From assembly GCA_001724265.1 (NCBI GenBank), contig MEDY01000004.1, positions 248,001 to 312,000 on the forward strand: a DNA stretch of 64,000 nucleotides, read 5' to 3'. Both the position numbers and the translations under genes were made by a program. Positions 48,401 through 59,598 of this stretch are shown piece after piece. The DNA is from Rhizaria sp. SCN 62-66 (Eukaryota). Below the pieces are notes generated by a model that was not told where the DNA came from, searched no databases, and saw only the letters and a list, made by a program, of their open reading frames with translations. Positions within the stretch are counted from its first letter, which is position 1. Every line of letters begins with the position of its first letter.

Positions 48401-49350
48401 CTGCGGTTTCACTGCCGTGGGCTACGGCCTTCCTCCGCGCTGCTCTCTTGCCTTGGCTTGTCCTTCCCGCAGACACTGATGTGCGCGTGCACTCCAGCCC
48501 TCCTGACAGCGTCGGCGACGGCTTTGGCGACACAGTCACTGTTGCCGCTGGCGTTGCTGTTGTGCCCGATAGGCTCGCGGCTGAACTTCTCTCAGCGATT
48601 GCGACTCAAGCCGCCACAGTGCTGCGTGCAGCCGTGCTGTTACTCTGCGCCCGTCCCGACTCATCCTGTCACTCCCACAGCGACGCGCACAACAGCTCGT
48701 CGCGTGCTCCTTCTCGCGGCGCATCAGTGAGTGCTGACGCCTTTGAAGACTCCTCTTCCACCGCATCTGCATGGGGCGCTAGCGCTGCGGTGGACGCGTT
48801 TGTATGTGCAGTGCGCTCGCATGTGTTCCCGCCCACGTTCATCCACGACATTGCTCTTGCAACCGCGCTCTACGCGCCTGGTCGTGGTGTTGAGCCCGCT
48901 GCCGCCTCCGCGTTGGCTGCGCTCGCTGCATCTGCAACGGGCGACACTGCTGCCGTGATAGCTGCTAACGTGGCGGCGGCAGAGGCGCTCGCTGGCTGCA
49001 CCGGCGCTCGCTCTGGCACAGTGACTGGTGTTAGTATGAGTGGTGGCACTGCAGCGACGTTCGCGTTTGTCAACGGCAGCGCGCGTGGGCTGTTCTCTGA
49101 TACAGGCCACTTTGCGCCCGTACCGGTGAGCTGGGAGACTCTGGATCCCCCCGCTGGGCCGATCAGAGGTAGACACGCCGACCATCTGAAACTGCTGGGA
49201 CCTGCGGCTGCTGCGCGGACCGTGGCTCGGTCTGAGGCGTTTGCGGCTGACCCAGCTGCTGGTGGGAGCGAAGATGAGGGTGGCGCTGATGCGGCACTGT
49301 TTGACTGGCGGAATCCTGCGCTACACAACTACAATGGCGATGATGCGTAA
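42478..49350 (+). CDS. Hypothetical 2290-aa Ala/Ser-rich protein with a coiled-coil region (about 43930-44360)
   Basis: Single uninterrupted GC-rich ORF from ATG to TAA, flanked by AT-richer spacers. No family recognised with confidence. Confidence 0.75.
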   Translation: MSQANVDPSPMAPSMSLYEPRARTLAPPTLDVTKSSAMSFHGPELPPNSLPFLPAVTPRSSRVLSTSSASAAAAATTSTPRGFSLSARGTLAPAGAGVVGAQNRGTSLTRTLTRTQGVAGRTLRDCFPNMPFSPELDTPLRPADLAATLPLVLTTGSGLGAKTATFALSSAPHALAVEPSPFPLPSAPLTATATQTRHDNATALRLATQYASARDQLASSTMNSAFGLLGGGGSGGDASVSSVGRSAIHARLATAVAAAEGSDPYSAPIVASVLGLPTPAAIAQLPLPFPPPRLVFVPADALNNSGGSAKSCANAHSAGLSAAACAGLVQGAGGVAGHWEWRQAHPLYRTATAVHSSAPGQLLAAVGVTPLVHWFARVHLSAVQGALWREDAPLPATDTDALLALLTLSPHAAAAAAANGAQSESGSFAAADSVSAEADAVVEKLCQVAFESLSSVLAARATGPAVGAFAAFLWRTWSAVLARRADRRVAHAVAVAAAQLSAQSEALLADARADAAELRVRCAALDVAVRVGDARSAAQRGSLALMHKVDAASAADHARMQLRQAAAVRTAEADTTTARAAAATAGQRAEALAAKAAALEAELGRVRAARDGLARRLVAWRRAVHAYVQSPAGLSPGILRVLAVAPTHQPAGAGDAVVLDGAAAGIAGGLPGGALTAGGPAVDGKITVTISPRKAQPSSALMGAATAMGMTSANSTNAAFSVSGLLPYSASNSQNSGSLSASARAPLPSPSHALAQGAAAATLAAATAPGAPLAPALARLSARELAAAVPSLYEVLRGEWDEEAIIGDGFGVYNTDKATQTVAAPQDPGALWGQLNFGDADSDNNNSNTDFWGQQQAPAAGAKAGSLLLQSPVTVFGDIEDDDRRVLSSRDASARAVASVTAAGSAVANRARGSGVARPPSGHDNHRPNSRQRLSRTSTATGPPTTSASSSNGIPNSNSNPSKPTSRSGARNGATSSPTPGPGPAPVPVFVGSPVKLTVDVNADKAWRSGSARRGRSAGRTHPADANAVAKGRVGSPDGVVAQSVTGSDAGDDSYAIGAAPELVSPRSLASPVSSSSTASAAVAGATAATANLGAGSRNRSNHTRSPSVSSLAAPSSSSAQGHGQGAGFGARPPLSPSLSLSPSARSSTRSVARHSRQSSHHALSHSHAGSLSPRSRAAAGTGAGSNGVAVTAAAAAVAARTFGPMLFGVPDTKPTADATFTADNSDDVKNFAHAPVAVSASASNGTSSGALAAAAGMHDLTVAQAPDGSMWLALPPAATAATVGAAAAALRGASVLDNSSVVSVSMTPADAVSRPTTSGSMRPQQRRQSHVVVNSHVPRSLASFLTPSALHALSAQHMQQHLVHSRAAALTPPALSRLLRTLLRQALGHRDATPAAATLSVAAVRAPPPGTAAAAALVPGRAWGPVRVVAAADAAARRHARHRSICTFNAFAASAPGSPLAAGVANGRGFVPVPAMTAPAGGDSGVLRLATRIVFAPATPAIGEFLPLRYLIVSGGAVLPALRALCEHAAAVATAAANAEAAAEATDGREVMSAALAATLLPRLCARYLDETLSPAAVKAAHSTMYAASPALPGSAAAINAAAGAALASAALARGAPLPPLRSAFAAAAAAEAAAAAAGSAVVGRGGGAVRGMSLQTESYSPSPMSSTTSSSSDLFANAAAAAKVRLPIPVAPPLESLLLSSPPPSAAAHGPRGAAERSWQFFTRLWAALDAPDVVLSNTGSDNSSPKGAGRLPPWGDLPFTASGATSNSTGNATAPREPTLALVLSNAVTGLSLAFSGASTVDADVIHTASMRLARAEMPLQPPGSSSCASSAADAAVATAAGTLVNGVLLRSLWALPSPPTSTRSRPLANGPRAGAPASEAVPESAVPCEAVAMVLVDVFELLDARVHCRWVRRARTHLVEFLALNNAVMNNGNANSNAKTPSLGHSNSRSEEDGGDECEIDDWTEDTVPAAAVSLPWATAFLRAALLPWLVLPADTDVRVHSSPPDSVGDGFGDTVTVAAGVAVVPDRLAAELLSAIATQAATVLRAAVLLLCARPDSSCHSHSDAHNSSSRAPSRGASVSADAFEDSSSTASAWGASAAVDAFVCAVRSHVFPPTFIHDIALATALYAPGRGVEPAAASALAALAASATGDTAAVIAANVAAAEALAGCTGARSGTVTGVSMSGGTAATFAFVNGSARGLFSDTGHFAPVPVSWETLDPPAGPIRGRHADHLKLLGPAAAARTVARSEAFAADPAAGGSEDEGGADAALFDWRNPALHNYNGDDA

Positions 49351-49592
49351 CAGCAACAACACACAAATGATGGTTGAATTATGAATGTCAAATTATGAAT
49401 GTCATGGTTGAGTTGCATGTACTTCGACTATGTATTGTATGAAGCGAATATTAGAATTAGAGTAGATAATTGGGGCTATATAAAGGTATTATATAATATT
49501 ATATAACTATGAAGAATACAGACTATAAGATTCATGATTTTTCAACGCTTAGTTGCTTGTTGTCGCATGGTCTTGCGACCGTCACAATGCCG

Positions 49593-52500
49593 TTACACAC
49601 ACCTATCTGGGATTGACCGGAGCGTGTAGAGCGCTGAGAGCAAAAGTATGCATGAAAGTAGTCCACCAATAACGTCAATAATGAACTTAGGTGCAAATAC
49701 TGCCCAAACCATCAAATGGCGCCGCTGAAAAAGTAAAGAAAAGGGAGACAAAGCAAAGACGGTAATATCGATTAGTGAAAGAGCTGTGTCAATATGGTGG
49801 CAGTGCGTACGCCAGCAAAATGTCACAAGAATAGAAGGAATAGTTCAAAAATTGTGGGGTGAGAATGACTTACGTGCAGCGCGACGTTAGCAGCAGATAG
49901 CACTGCTTTAAACACGTTCAAAGTCATGAACGTAATCGCTGCAATACGCGCAGACGCAACGATGCCACTTACATCTGTTGTAGCAGCGGGCTTACCAAGC
50001 GTCATCATCGCAGCGCAGACAGAACTTTGTACACGGGCAGCTGTAGTCGTACTGACGGGGTTTGACTCGGCGAATGAGACAAACTGTAGAAGATGAAGCA
50101 GTCGGTGGCCCCATAATGCGCTGACAGCCAATGTGCACAATAATGGTCCTGAAAACGTGTTCAATAACACCGAACTCGCAGAGTAGCTATTTAAGTAATA
50201 GGACAGTATGCAGCAATGAAATTCATGTTAGATGTTAAGACATTGATAACTCAGTTAAACTATAAGCGATGCCATCATATTGCATCATTTTTTGATTTGA
50301 ACGTACACAAAGCTGAATTTGTCTTCAAAAATAAATGCAGCCGTGGTGTGCAGATCGGAGAATCGGTGTGAATGCCCCGTTGCGTAAAATAAATATTGGC
50401 CTAGGCACCATAAAAACGCTGCCTCTGTCGCTGTAAAAGCGTACACGGCCTTTGAGCCCAAGTGACCCGGTGTGAGTTCTGTCATCACGTGCCATGCAAG
50501 CAGCGCCATCACAACTGGAGCTGCAGCAAGTGGACCTAGGGTGGTACATATCAGCGGCGCAGACACCATTAGCGCTCCAACCAACAGCTGAGCCCGTGCT
50601 CGTGTTTTCGCAATCGGACTGTTGCCGTTTCGAAGTGCAGTGAATAGAAGTGGAAGGCCATTCGCCACAGCGATAATGACAAATGAAAGAAGTTGGGCTT
50701 TAGGAGCCGCAATGGTCACAGTGTCTCGCATGGCAGCGATTTGTGGTGCATCAAGAGAAAACAGCAATGGTTGTTGAAGTAAGACAAGCCGCAGCGCCAC
50801 AATAATCGCTATGGCGGCAAGCGAAGGACACCAATACGTTGCAAGTGGAAGAAGAAGTGCAAGGCGACAGACCCACGACGGGAGCGCAAATCGCACAGCA
50901 GTGTTGTTCCAGGAACGCGAGTGGCGCAAAAACAACATATCGCGTCGGCACTCAAGTGCTAGAAGCAATGATAGTAGTAAGACCAATACGAGTACGTGAG
51001 GCACCGAAACAATCTCGGCAATAGCAGCCTCGGCAGCCGTCGCGGTAGTAGTCTGCCCCGTGATACTTGATGAAGCTGACATCAACGATGTCGCACTGGA
51101 ATGGGCAAAGTAGTGTGAACCATCAAGCTTAAGTAGCGGGCTGAATGCTACAGTGAGCTCACGAACGGAAAGCGGCGCGACAGCTGCTGAGTTAGAATTA
51201 CCAGTTGTAGGTGTTGGTGCTGCCAACTTGTCGGCCGAACGCACTGTGTAAACGCTGGATAGATTGTCTGAAGTGATATCGTCAAGTCTCTCACTGTGTG
51301 AAGAGTCAACGACATGATTGTGCTCATGTGAGTGTTCGTCTGATTCAGGCTCAGAGACTCCGTGGATGTGGTCAGTGCTGTGGCCGTGCACGTGATCCCC
51401 GCGTGGCACCACGGGCACGCGCACACCCGACGCAGCCACTGTCGCTCTCGCCTCAGCTGCGTCAGCATCAAGTGCTACTGCGTCGCCCTCGTGCGCGAGC
51501 TCGCCATCTGTAAGATCAAAGCTTAGCCGTGTTGCCTGCATCGTGCCATCGGCCGCAACGCGCGCACTTACAGTTACCCCACTGCTGCTCTGCCCAACCG
51601 GAACAGTCACAGTTGAGCCAGGTGGCGTCGCTGTCCCTGCCACAGCAGCTGTGACGAGAGCACGCGTCAGAGTATCGCCAAAAGCGGGTGCTTGAGAAAG
51701 CGAGAGCTCAAAACCCGCAAACGCAGTTAGTAGTGGAAGTGCCACAACCAACCAAAAGAGCATGCGCATGCGAGTCGCAGTCACAACAACAGGCGCAGGT
51801 GTGTGAGTGCCGCGACTGGGCGCAACAAGTGCCGGCAACTTTGCAAGGTCGCGCGCATAGAGAGCTGCAAGTGAAAGTGCGAGTGACACGGCAAGAAAAC
51901 GTGACTGAGCGTCATCATTGATAATGCAAGAGTTTGAAAAACTCCCGTGGGCCACTGCGGCAGCAGTAAGCACGACTGGCAACAGCTGCATCGCGAAGGG
52001 CCACTGTGGTTGCTTTGCGTCAGCAGCAATAGAAACAGTCGCACGGGAGTGTGCAATCCTAACTAAATCTTGTGATGTAGATGTCAGCAGCGGTTCGTGC
52101 TCGTCGTCGTTGAGAATGGTGTTGGCGTTATCTTTGCTATGTACCACATTACACACCTTCGCTGAAATAAGGCGTGCGTTGTCATTGCATTTGCCACTCC
52201 AGTTCGAATGCATGCTCCAGAATATTAACAACAAAAATGTGCCAATAGAACACGCCAGCATCCACTCCAACGGCCCGAGTCGTGACTCAGCAACGATCTC
52301 TGCCGCCGCAGACACAGCCTCAGTGACAGGGGCAGACAGTAACCCATTTGTGTCAAGTGCAGCGAGCAGCTGCAGCGCGTATCTCGCTATAACAACTCCT
52401 GTCACGCCAAATGAAAGCGATACAACGATGCTATGCAAACTCGCAACAGTGAACCAAAGCGGATATTCAGGCATAAGCTCGTTGCGTGTACTGACACGTG

Positions 52501-55500
52501 TGCAGAGTGACACTGCAGTTGCACCAATGGCTGTTAGTGTGGCGAACGAAAGCACAAGTCCCAGCACCATCGCTGCGCCGTCGAACTGGGTCCACTGCTG
52601 CCTGAACGCACGCGCCACGCGATCGTGCCAGTGCGACAGCTCGAGGATAGATTCTTCGAGCTCGCGCTCCCAGTGAAGGGCAAACCTGCGCTCTGCGGCA
52701 GCAAACGCAGTGTTGAAATCAGCAGACGCAACGGCCGCACGCGCGGCTGCAGCGTCGTCATCAATAGTAATACTGTGCGGAGTTGTCGGTTGGCGCTGAC
52801 TTAGGGCGAGAGTGGCGCAGAGTGACTCAGCAGGCGCCAACGCACCATCTGCAACCACAGCGGCGCGGGCAAGTGCACGCACTGCTGACGCGCGCGCGTC
52901 TGCAAGCACTGCGCGCGGAAACGAGCGCGCGGCAGCCGTATAGCTCGCAGTGTATCGCAGCACCTGGAGCAGCGTAGTGCGGTGCAGGGACAACACGGAG
53001 AGTAGAGAGCGATAGCGCGTCGCGGCGGCAGTGACAAGCGCGACATCCACGTCGGCAGCACTGTCATGCGAAACGGACTTCGGAACACTCATGCTGGTTA
53101 GGGTCATATTTTGCGCGTTGTTGCGAAGCACGCGTGCCACCAAAGGGCACAGTGGCACCGTTGCAAGAGCGGCTCGTGACGGTGTCGGGACGTAAGGCTG
53201 CGCAACGTGGCGGAAAGCAGCATCCCTATCTCTGCTGTCAGCGTTACTCGTAATGCGTTGCTTCTCCTGTGACGGCATGAGAAGATCCGCAATCGGCTTG
53301 CCCAGCGAGCCAAATGGCACTGGAAGACCGAGTAGCAGCGACAGCGTTGGCACGATATCAATTTGGCTCACCTCTAGCGCAGCATCAGTCGCGGACCGCG
53401 GAATCGGCGGTTTCTTCGCGTGGCTATCATAGTTAGCAATATTGACAGTGTGTCCGTCGTCCTGATGCTCACAAATACCGAGTTCGCAGTCAACATGTCC
53501 AGAGCCACTCTCACGGTGAGTCTCGGACTCGTGCTCCCAGTACCTGTGCTTGTGAGCGTGTTTTGTGCGCAGCCCCTGCAGAGGCACCGACGAGTACGCC
53601 CACAGCCCCGCGTGCGTCTCCTCCGCGCTGCCGCCGCCGTGGTTGCCACCTCCGGTCATGCCGTGATCGCCCATCACAAGCAGCAGCGTGCGGCCATGCT
53701 TCGCGCGTGCACGGCCAGCACTGCGCGTTGATGTGTCCTCAGATAGAACCCGTGGACAATGTGTGCGGCGCCAGCCACCCATAAGGCTCTTATCGGCCAT
53801 GTTATTGCGCTGATCGTCACGGTCATCTGCCAGCTCCTCTGCCACTGCGTCAACATATTCGATGAGCCGCGCAATGTCTGCGTCGACCTCGCTAAGCTTA
53901 GCCGCCATGCGGCTGTGAGCCGGGCCAAACCGGTGGCCAACGTGGTCGACACCAAGCATGTGCGCGACAATGAGACCCCATCCCTGGTCGTCATCGGTCC
54001 TCGTGTTGAAGGGGTCGCTCCAGAGAGGGTGCTCAGGCCCCCAGCCTTGCAAACGCAACAGCGTCCCTGTTGAAGCGGCATCAGCCTCAGCCTCGGCAGC
54101 GCGGCCCTGAACAAGGGGCGCGGTGAGAAACGACTCAGAGTCCATGTCGCCGCCTGAGACCACTGACTGGGAATGTGATTGGGAATGCGAAAGTGACCGT
54201 GGCAGTGCGTCCCCGCACAGAGCACGGCGCAGTCCGCGGCGGGTGCCCGCGTCCACTGTGTCCAGATCGGCCACGTCAAACGAGGGATACGGCTCGGAGC
54301 GCGAGAAGTGGTTCGGGAACATCGACATCCACGTGTCGTCGCCCACGAAAAAGCTGCGCAAAGTGCGTCCACATTGACCGCAACCGTGTAGAGCGGGCGT
54401 GTGGCTGTGTGGCGCGGGTCCAGACTAGCTGGCCTGCTCACAGTCACTCGCACGCTCGCGGTCGCCCGCCAGGCACTGACCGTGCTGTTGTTGTTGCCGC
54501 GCAAACGCCGCCGCGAGCTGCGCCGGCCACGAGTCGTCGCCCACTGCGGCCGAGTTGAAGTTGCGGCCGATGTCGAGGAACGTCGGTAGCCCGCCCGTGG
54601 TAAGGCCCTTAAGCCGCTGCATCGTAACTGTGGGCGCGTCGGCGACAAAGCGGAACAGGCGCGACCGCGCCGGCTGCATAGCGAGCGCGCGGGCCACGCT
54701 CGGGAGCTTGTTAGCCCAAGCAGGCAGCGGCGGCGCAGTCACGTTCCCATCACGAGTGCTGCTGTTATAAGAGCTGTCACCGTGTGTGTGTTGTGCTCGG
54801 GGCTCCTGGTCGGCGAGATTGTGAGTATCTTTGTCTGAGCGAGACTGTTTCTGCAGCTCTAGTTGAAGTTGCTGCTCCTGTGTGAGAGCGGTGGCGTTGG
54901 GAGCGAGGAAATCGAACCGTAGAGCGTCGACCATGAGAACGATCACGCGGTCGAACAGGCGCGGGGACCAGCACGACGTGCTGTCACCGTCGGCGCCGCA
55001 ACCGGCGTTGTCGGGGGAAGAATGTGAGCAGGAGCTCGACTGGGCACATGTGCGGACAGCGTCTGTGTCCAGACGTGCTTTTGTTGTTCGTGAGGTTGGG
55101 TGGCCTGAGATCGCGTCAAGAATAGGTGTGGCTGCAGGGATATCTGGCAGGGTAGTATGGCGTCGTGCATTCGCATCATGAGAATGTCCTGACTCTGCTG
55201 TGTCAGCAACAGTGGACGCGGAGTCAGAATGAAGCTCAATTGAACTGTCATCAAAGAGCGTTGTCCACTGGGACGGTACGGAAGATATCTCACATGTCGA
55301 AACATCGGGAAGCTCATATCGATTAAGGAAAAAGCCTATGGTAACATACAGAAAAAAACTCGGCCAATGTATGAGTGTACGACAGAAATTAGAGAAAGTT
55401 AGACATTCAAGACAACGCGTGTGTGGAGACGAACCTGTGATGAAGATATAGAGCGCAAAGGTTTGGGCTGCAAGCAACACCAGCACAAGACGACATATTA

Positions 55501-55603
55501 TGTTTCGGGGTTGTTGCGTGGGAGATGGCGCGACGCTTGGAGCAGCAACGTCGATGTGTGACGCGACGGGGGAGACCCGACGTCCAGAGGAATCGTCTCT
55601 CAT
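49593..55603 (-). CDS. PIGO: GPI ethanolamine phosphate transferase 3 (PIG-O/Gpi13), 4 exons (55603-55435, 55335-50307, 50186-49874, 49724-49593), about 1880 aa reading through TAG 54427-54425
   Basis: Motifs GFFLNRYEL, VIVLMVDALRFDF, FVADAPTVTMQRLKGLTTGGLPTFLDIGRNF, FFVGDDTWMSMFP, PYPSFDVADLDTVD, AHMLGVDHVGHRFGPAH, MGDHGMT.GGNHGG, VSQIDIVPTLSLLLGLPVPFGSLG, FYATGH and RRHLMVWAVFAPKF. Three introns with GTTCGT, GTACGT and GTAAGT donors restore the frame. Stop is TAA. Confidence 0.93.
49725..49873 (-). other. Spliceosomal intron 3 (PIG-O)
   Basis: CAC|GTAAGT...TTTTCAG|CGG gives LH-RRHLMVW. Confidence 0.88.
50187..50306 (-). other. Spliceosomal intron 2 (PIG-O)
   Basis: GT|GTACGT...AAATAG|C, AT-rich, phase 2. 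Confidence 0.8.
55336..55434 (-). other. Spliceosomal intron 1 (PIG-O), 99 nt, in frame and stop-free
   Basis: ACAG|GTTCGT...CCATAG|GC. Removal gives the conserved ITGFFLNRYEL. Confidence 0.8.
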
Positions 55604-56950
55604 CGAGACCTGGAGAGGCAGATGCTGGTGTGGAATGTAAAAGGCTCTATAGACTATACAAAAAGAAAAAAGAAAACAATGTATATTTAATTATGTGTTA
55701 CTTCTGTTGCACTGTCAACGACGGATACCTGAACTCAATACAGAGGATAGCGTATTGAACAACATTGGATCGTCAACGGCGACGAAGTGAGTCCCATTGT
55801 TGCGAGTTAACTATTCAAGGTCGATATCTGCACATAGCAGTTAGATTTAGGAGACTTTTTTGGAATAATCGACCATCAACAAGATTTTGTACATTTTGCT
55901 TGTTTTTATGGTATAGGTGTTGTCTACCTTGCCTCATTTTACGCCATTGATAAATACAGTCACCCAAGTATCGCTCCGCGAAGTTAGTCTTTATCACACA
56001 CCAACAACATAATGTAAGCAACCCTCAACATATATTTAATATATACGGCAGCGCATATCATGTGCATACTCTAATATTGCGATATCACCTTAGCACAACA
56101 AGGAATGTGCTCGCAAAATCTTTGTACTGCGCGTCCTTAAAGTAGCGTAATAAGGACAGATCTAGCGGCGCGTAGATACTGGATGTCAAGCTACGAATGT
56201 ACTGAAGCATTTATCATGTGCATCACTGAGAGTCCAACTGTGTGGCAGTTGAATCTCTGGACATTTTGAGTAGTATATCTTCGCAAGAAACAAGCGAGGT
56301 ACGTTGTGAAATAGCATGTAAAACTCAAGTATACATTGGCATAACTGTCAGAGTTAGTATTGAAAACATTATTATATGATACAACACATAAATCTTTGTG
56401 CTGCATCCGAAGAACACATAAAAATATCAAGTCTTTAAGTTGTTATCAATGATTTAATGTGGTTAGCCACAAACGCTTTTGGGCGCGTGCAACCGGACGG
56501 ATGGCGGGAGCGAAGGTGCCCAAACAGCACGCGACCATTAAAGAATAGCCACGGTGCGCTACTTAGCCAATATCCGTGCATGTTTCGTTGATGTATTCGG
56601 AGTTAAGTGTCTTGTTTTTATGTATTTTAATAATGCATTTCGTTATGAACCGAAGAGCGAGCGTGAATGACATCCTTGATTTAAACTTGCCTCACTCCCT
56701 GCCCCGCTTCTCAACATCTGATATCACCCCGTCTGCTCCTGTCCCCACGCTTCTGCTGAGCAAAGCCACTCGAGGGCGCATACAACAACTTGGTTTTGTT
56801 CCGCCCATTTGTTTTTCCTTGCAGCTCCCTCTCACATTGAAGAGCTCGTGCGAAGGTTCTCAAGCTCTCGCTGCAACGGGTGTCCAGGCCCTCCCCCTCT
56901 CACCCACTCGCCCCACGCTCGCACTCCAGAAGCCACCCCGCGCGCCCGTC

Positions 56951-59567
56951 ATGTCAGCGCTTGATCACCCCCTGGGGCTAGAGATTTCCCCCAACGACCC
57001 GACGGATGTGTTCGAGCTGCAGGCGAAGCTCGGCGAGGGCAGCTACGGCTGCGTGTACGAAGCTGTCGACCGCCGCGACGGCCAGATCGTCGCCGTCAAG
57101 GTCCTCGACGTCGGCGCCGAAGACATGTCCGACATCAAGAACGAGATCAACATCCTTAAGAACTGCTCCAGCCCTTACATCGTCGCCTACAAGGGCTGCT
57201 TTCTGTACCACTCGCAGCTCTGGATCGCGATGGAGTACTGCTCCGCCGGCTCCGTCGGCGACTTGATGGCCATCTGTGACCGCACGCTGCACGAGACGCA
57301 CATCGCGGCGCTCATGTACCTCTCCCTGCGCGGGCTTGAGTACCTGCACACGCACAAGATGCTGCACCGCGACATCAAGTCGGCGAACCTGCTCCTCACG
57401 TCGAGCGGCGAGTGCAAGCTGGCCGACTTCGGCGTCTCGGCCGAGCTCACGCACACGCTCGCGCGCCGCAACACGGCCATCGGCACGCCCTATTGGATGG
57501 CGCCCGAGGTGCTCAAGTCTACGGCCTACGACGCCAAGTCCGACATCTGGTCGCTGGGCATCACCGCGTACGAGCTCGCGGTCGGAGAGCCGCCGCACGC
57601 GGACGTGCACCCGATGCGCGTTATCTTCATCATCCCCAGCGCGCCGCCGCCGACGCTGCCGGAGCCGCACCGCTGGTCCAGGGAGTTCCACGACTTCCTC
57701 GCTCGCTGTCTCACTAAGGAGGTACGTCGCAAAGCATGCCGCGACAGCGACAAAAACAGCGAACGAAGCTACACAAAGTGCCACGCTGATGCACGATCTC
57801 CAAGCCACTCTGACTACCTCCATATGTTCATGCAATGATCTCAATTCTCTTTCTAACATCACTCTCATCCATGCATGTCTGTCCTTTGCCCTCCACTCTG
57901 CCCACGCCGCCCGCAGCCCGAGGACCGTCCGTCGGCGACGGCGCTGCTCTCGCACCCTTTTCTGGCCGCGCACGCGCGCGACGCCGGCGCAGCCCGCGTG
58001 GATCCGCGCGCCGTGCTGGCCGGGCTCGTCGCAGACGCGCTGCCGGAGATCCACCAGTTCCGCGCCGCCGAGACGCTCGAGGCCGACATAAAGGCCGCCG
58101 AACAGCTCCAGCAACAGCAACAGCCGCATCAGCAGCAGTTCGAGCAGCAGCCAGCGGGTGTGAGCGTCAACGTGACGGACGCGGACGGTGTGGGCGACGC
58201 GTGGGGCGGCGGCGGCACCGTGCGCGTGCGCTCCTCGCCCTCGGCCGGCAGCACCACGGGCACCGCGGGCGGCACGCTGGCCGCGGGCGTGTTTAACGCC
58301 ACAGGCACTATGCTCATCACGCCCAAGGCTGCCTCCAACGCCAACAACGTCTTCAGCAGCAGCGGCAGCAGTGCCGGGAACGGCGCGTCTGTGGCTGCGG
58401 TCACTGTGGCGGCGGCCTCGGTCTCGGCCGGTGGCGAGCTCCCCACCTCGCCGCCCCCGCCTGCACGTCGGCCACCACTGCAACAGCAACAGCAGCAGCA
58501 GGCGCCCGCCCCCGCCCCCGCCGTGCTGCCGCCCACGCCATCGGGGTCGTCCCACGGCCCGCAGCGCGCCGCCCCGCGCACGCCGCTCAACCACAGCATC
58601 ACCAACACCAGCGCCAGTGCGAGCTCTGCAGCGGCGGCGGCTGCGGGGGTGGGCATGAGTCCGCAGCAGCTGCGGCTCGCCGCCGTGGCCGCCGCCGCGA
58701 GCGCCAACGGCGGCGCCGGCGCGGACGCGGGCACGGGCACCACGGTCATTGCGCCGGGCGGCGGCGGCGGCGCCAACTGCTCCTTCACGGCGGGCATCAG
58801 TCCGTCCAACGGCGGCCTGCACAACCCCGCCGGCACGAGCTTCGCGAGCCTGACGGGCACGGTCAAGGCGCCGTTGTCGCTGCTGAGCCAGACGGGCGGC
58901 GGCTTCCTACCTGACGACCTCAGCGCGCCGTCGACGCCCTCAGCCGCGTCTGGGCCGGCCTCGACGACGGCCAACAGCGACACCGGCGCCGCGGGCACGC
59001 TCCGCCGCCGCGGGTTCCGCAGCCGCCTGTCTGGGCTGCAGGCCGCCGCGCTCGACGGGGACCCCGCGGGCGACGCCGCCTACGCCGCGGCCGCCGCCAA
59101 CGGCCCGCAGCAGCAACAACAGACGCAGGCGCAGACACACACTGCGGCTGCGGATGTCGCTAGCAACCCCTTCCTGGCCGGGATGATCGCAGACGTCACG
59201 GCCTTCCGCGAGCAAGTCAGCCAGCACGGCGCCGGCGCCCCCGGCCCCGCGACGGGCACACTGCGCGGGGGCCGCGTCGCCGCCGCCGCGTCCGCGTACG
59301 CCTCAGCCGTCGCAAACAGCAACAACAGCAGCCACAGCAGCTTCGGCTCCCCGGGCCCCGCCGCCACCGCGCTCTCCCCGGCCAACAGCAACGGCGGCGG
59401 CAGCGGAGGCGGCGGCGGTGACACGACGCCCCGTGCACCGCGCGCGCCGGCCCCGCGCCGGTCGATCGCGGCCGCGGTGGCGAGCGCCACGAGCGGCGGC
59501 ATCAGCGCGCACCCGGGTGTGATGCCGCTGTCGCCCACGGCGCACGCGCACGTAACCGCCGCCGCCT

Positions 59568-59598
<31 letters not shown>

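Noticed and set aside
22291-55603. Pyrrolysine, selenocysteine or motif-driven programmed readthrough as the explanation for internal stops
   Set aside because: The internal stops are TAG rather than TGA, so selenocysteine does not apply. Pyrrolysine is not known in eukaryotic nuclear genes. The sites share no CARYYA-like context and are not at catalytic positions.
56478-56524. Short inverted repeat TTTGGGCGC...GTGCCCAAA in the PIG-O/kinase divergent spacer
   Set aside because: It is only a 9-bp imperfect stem with no other support.
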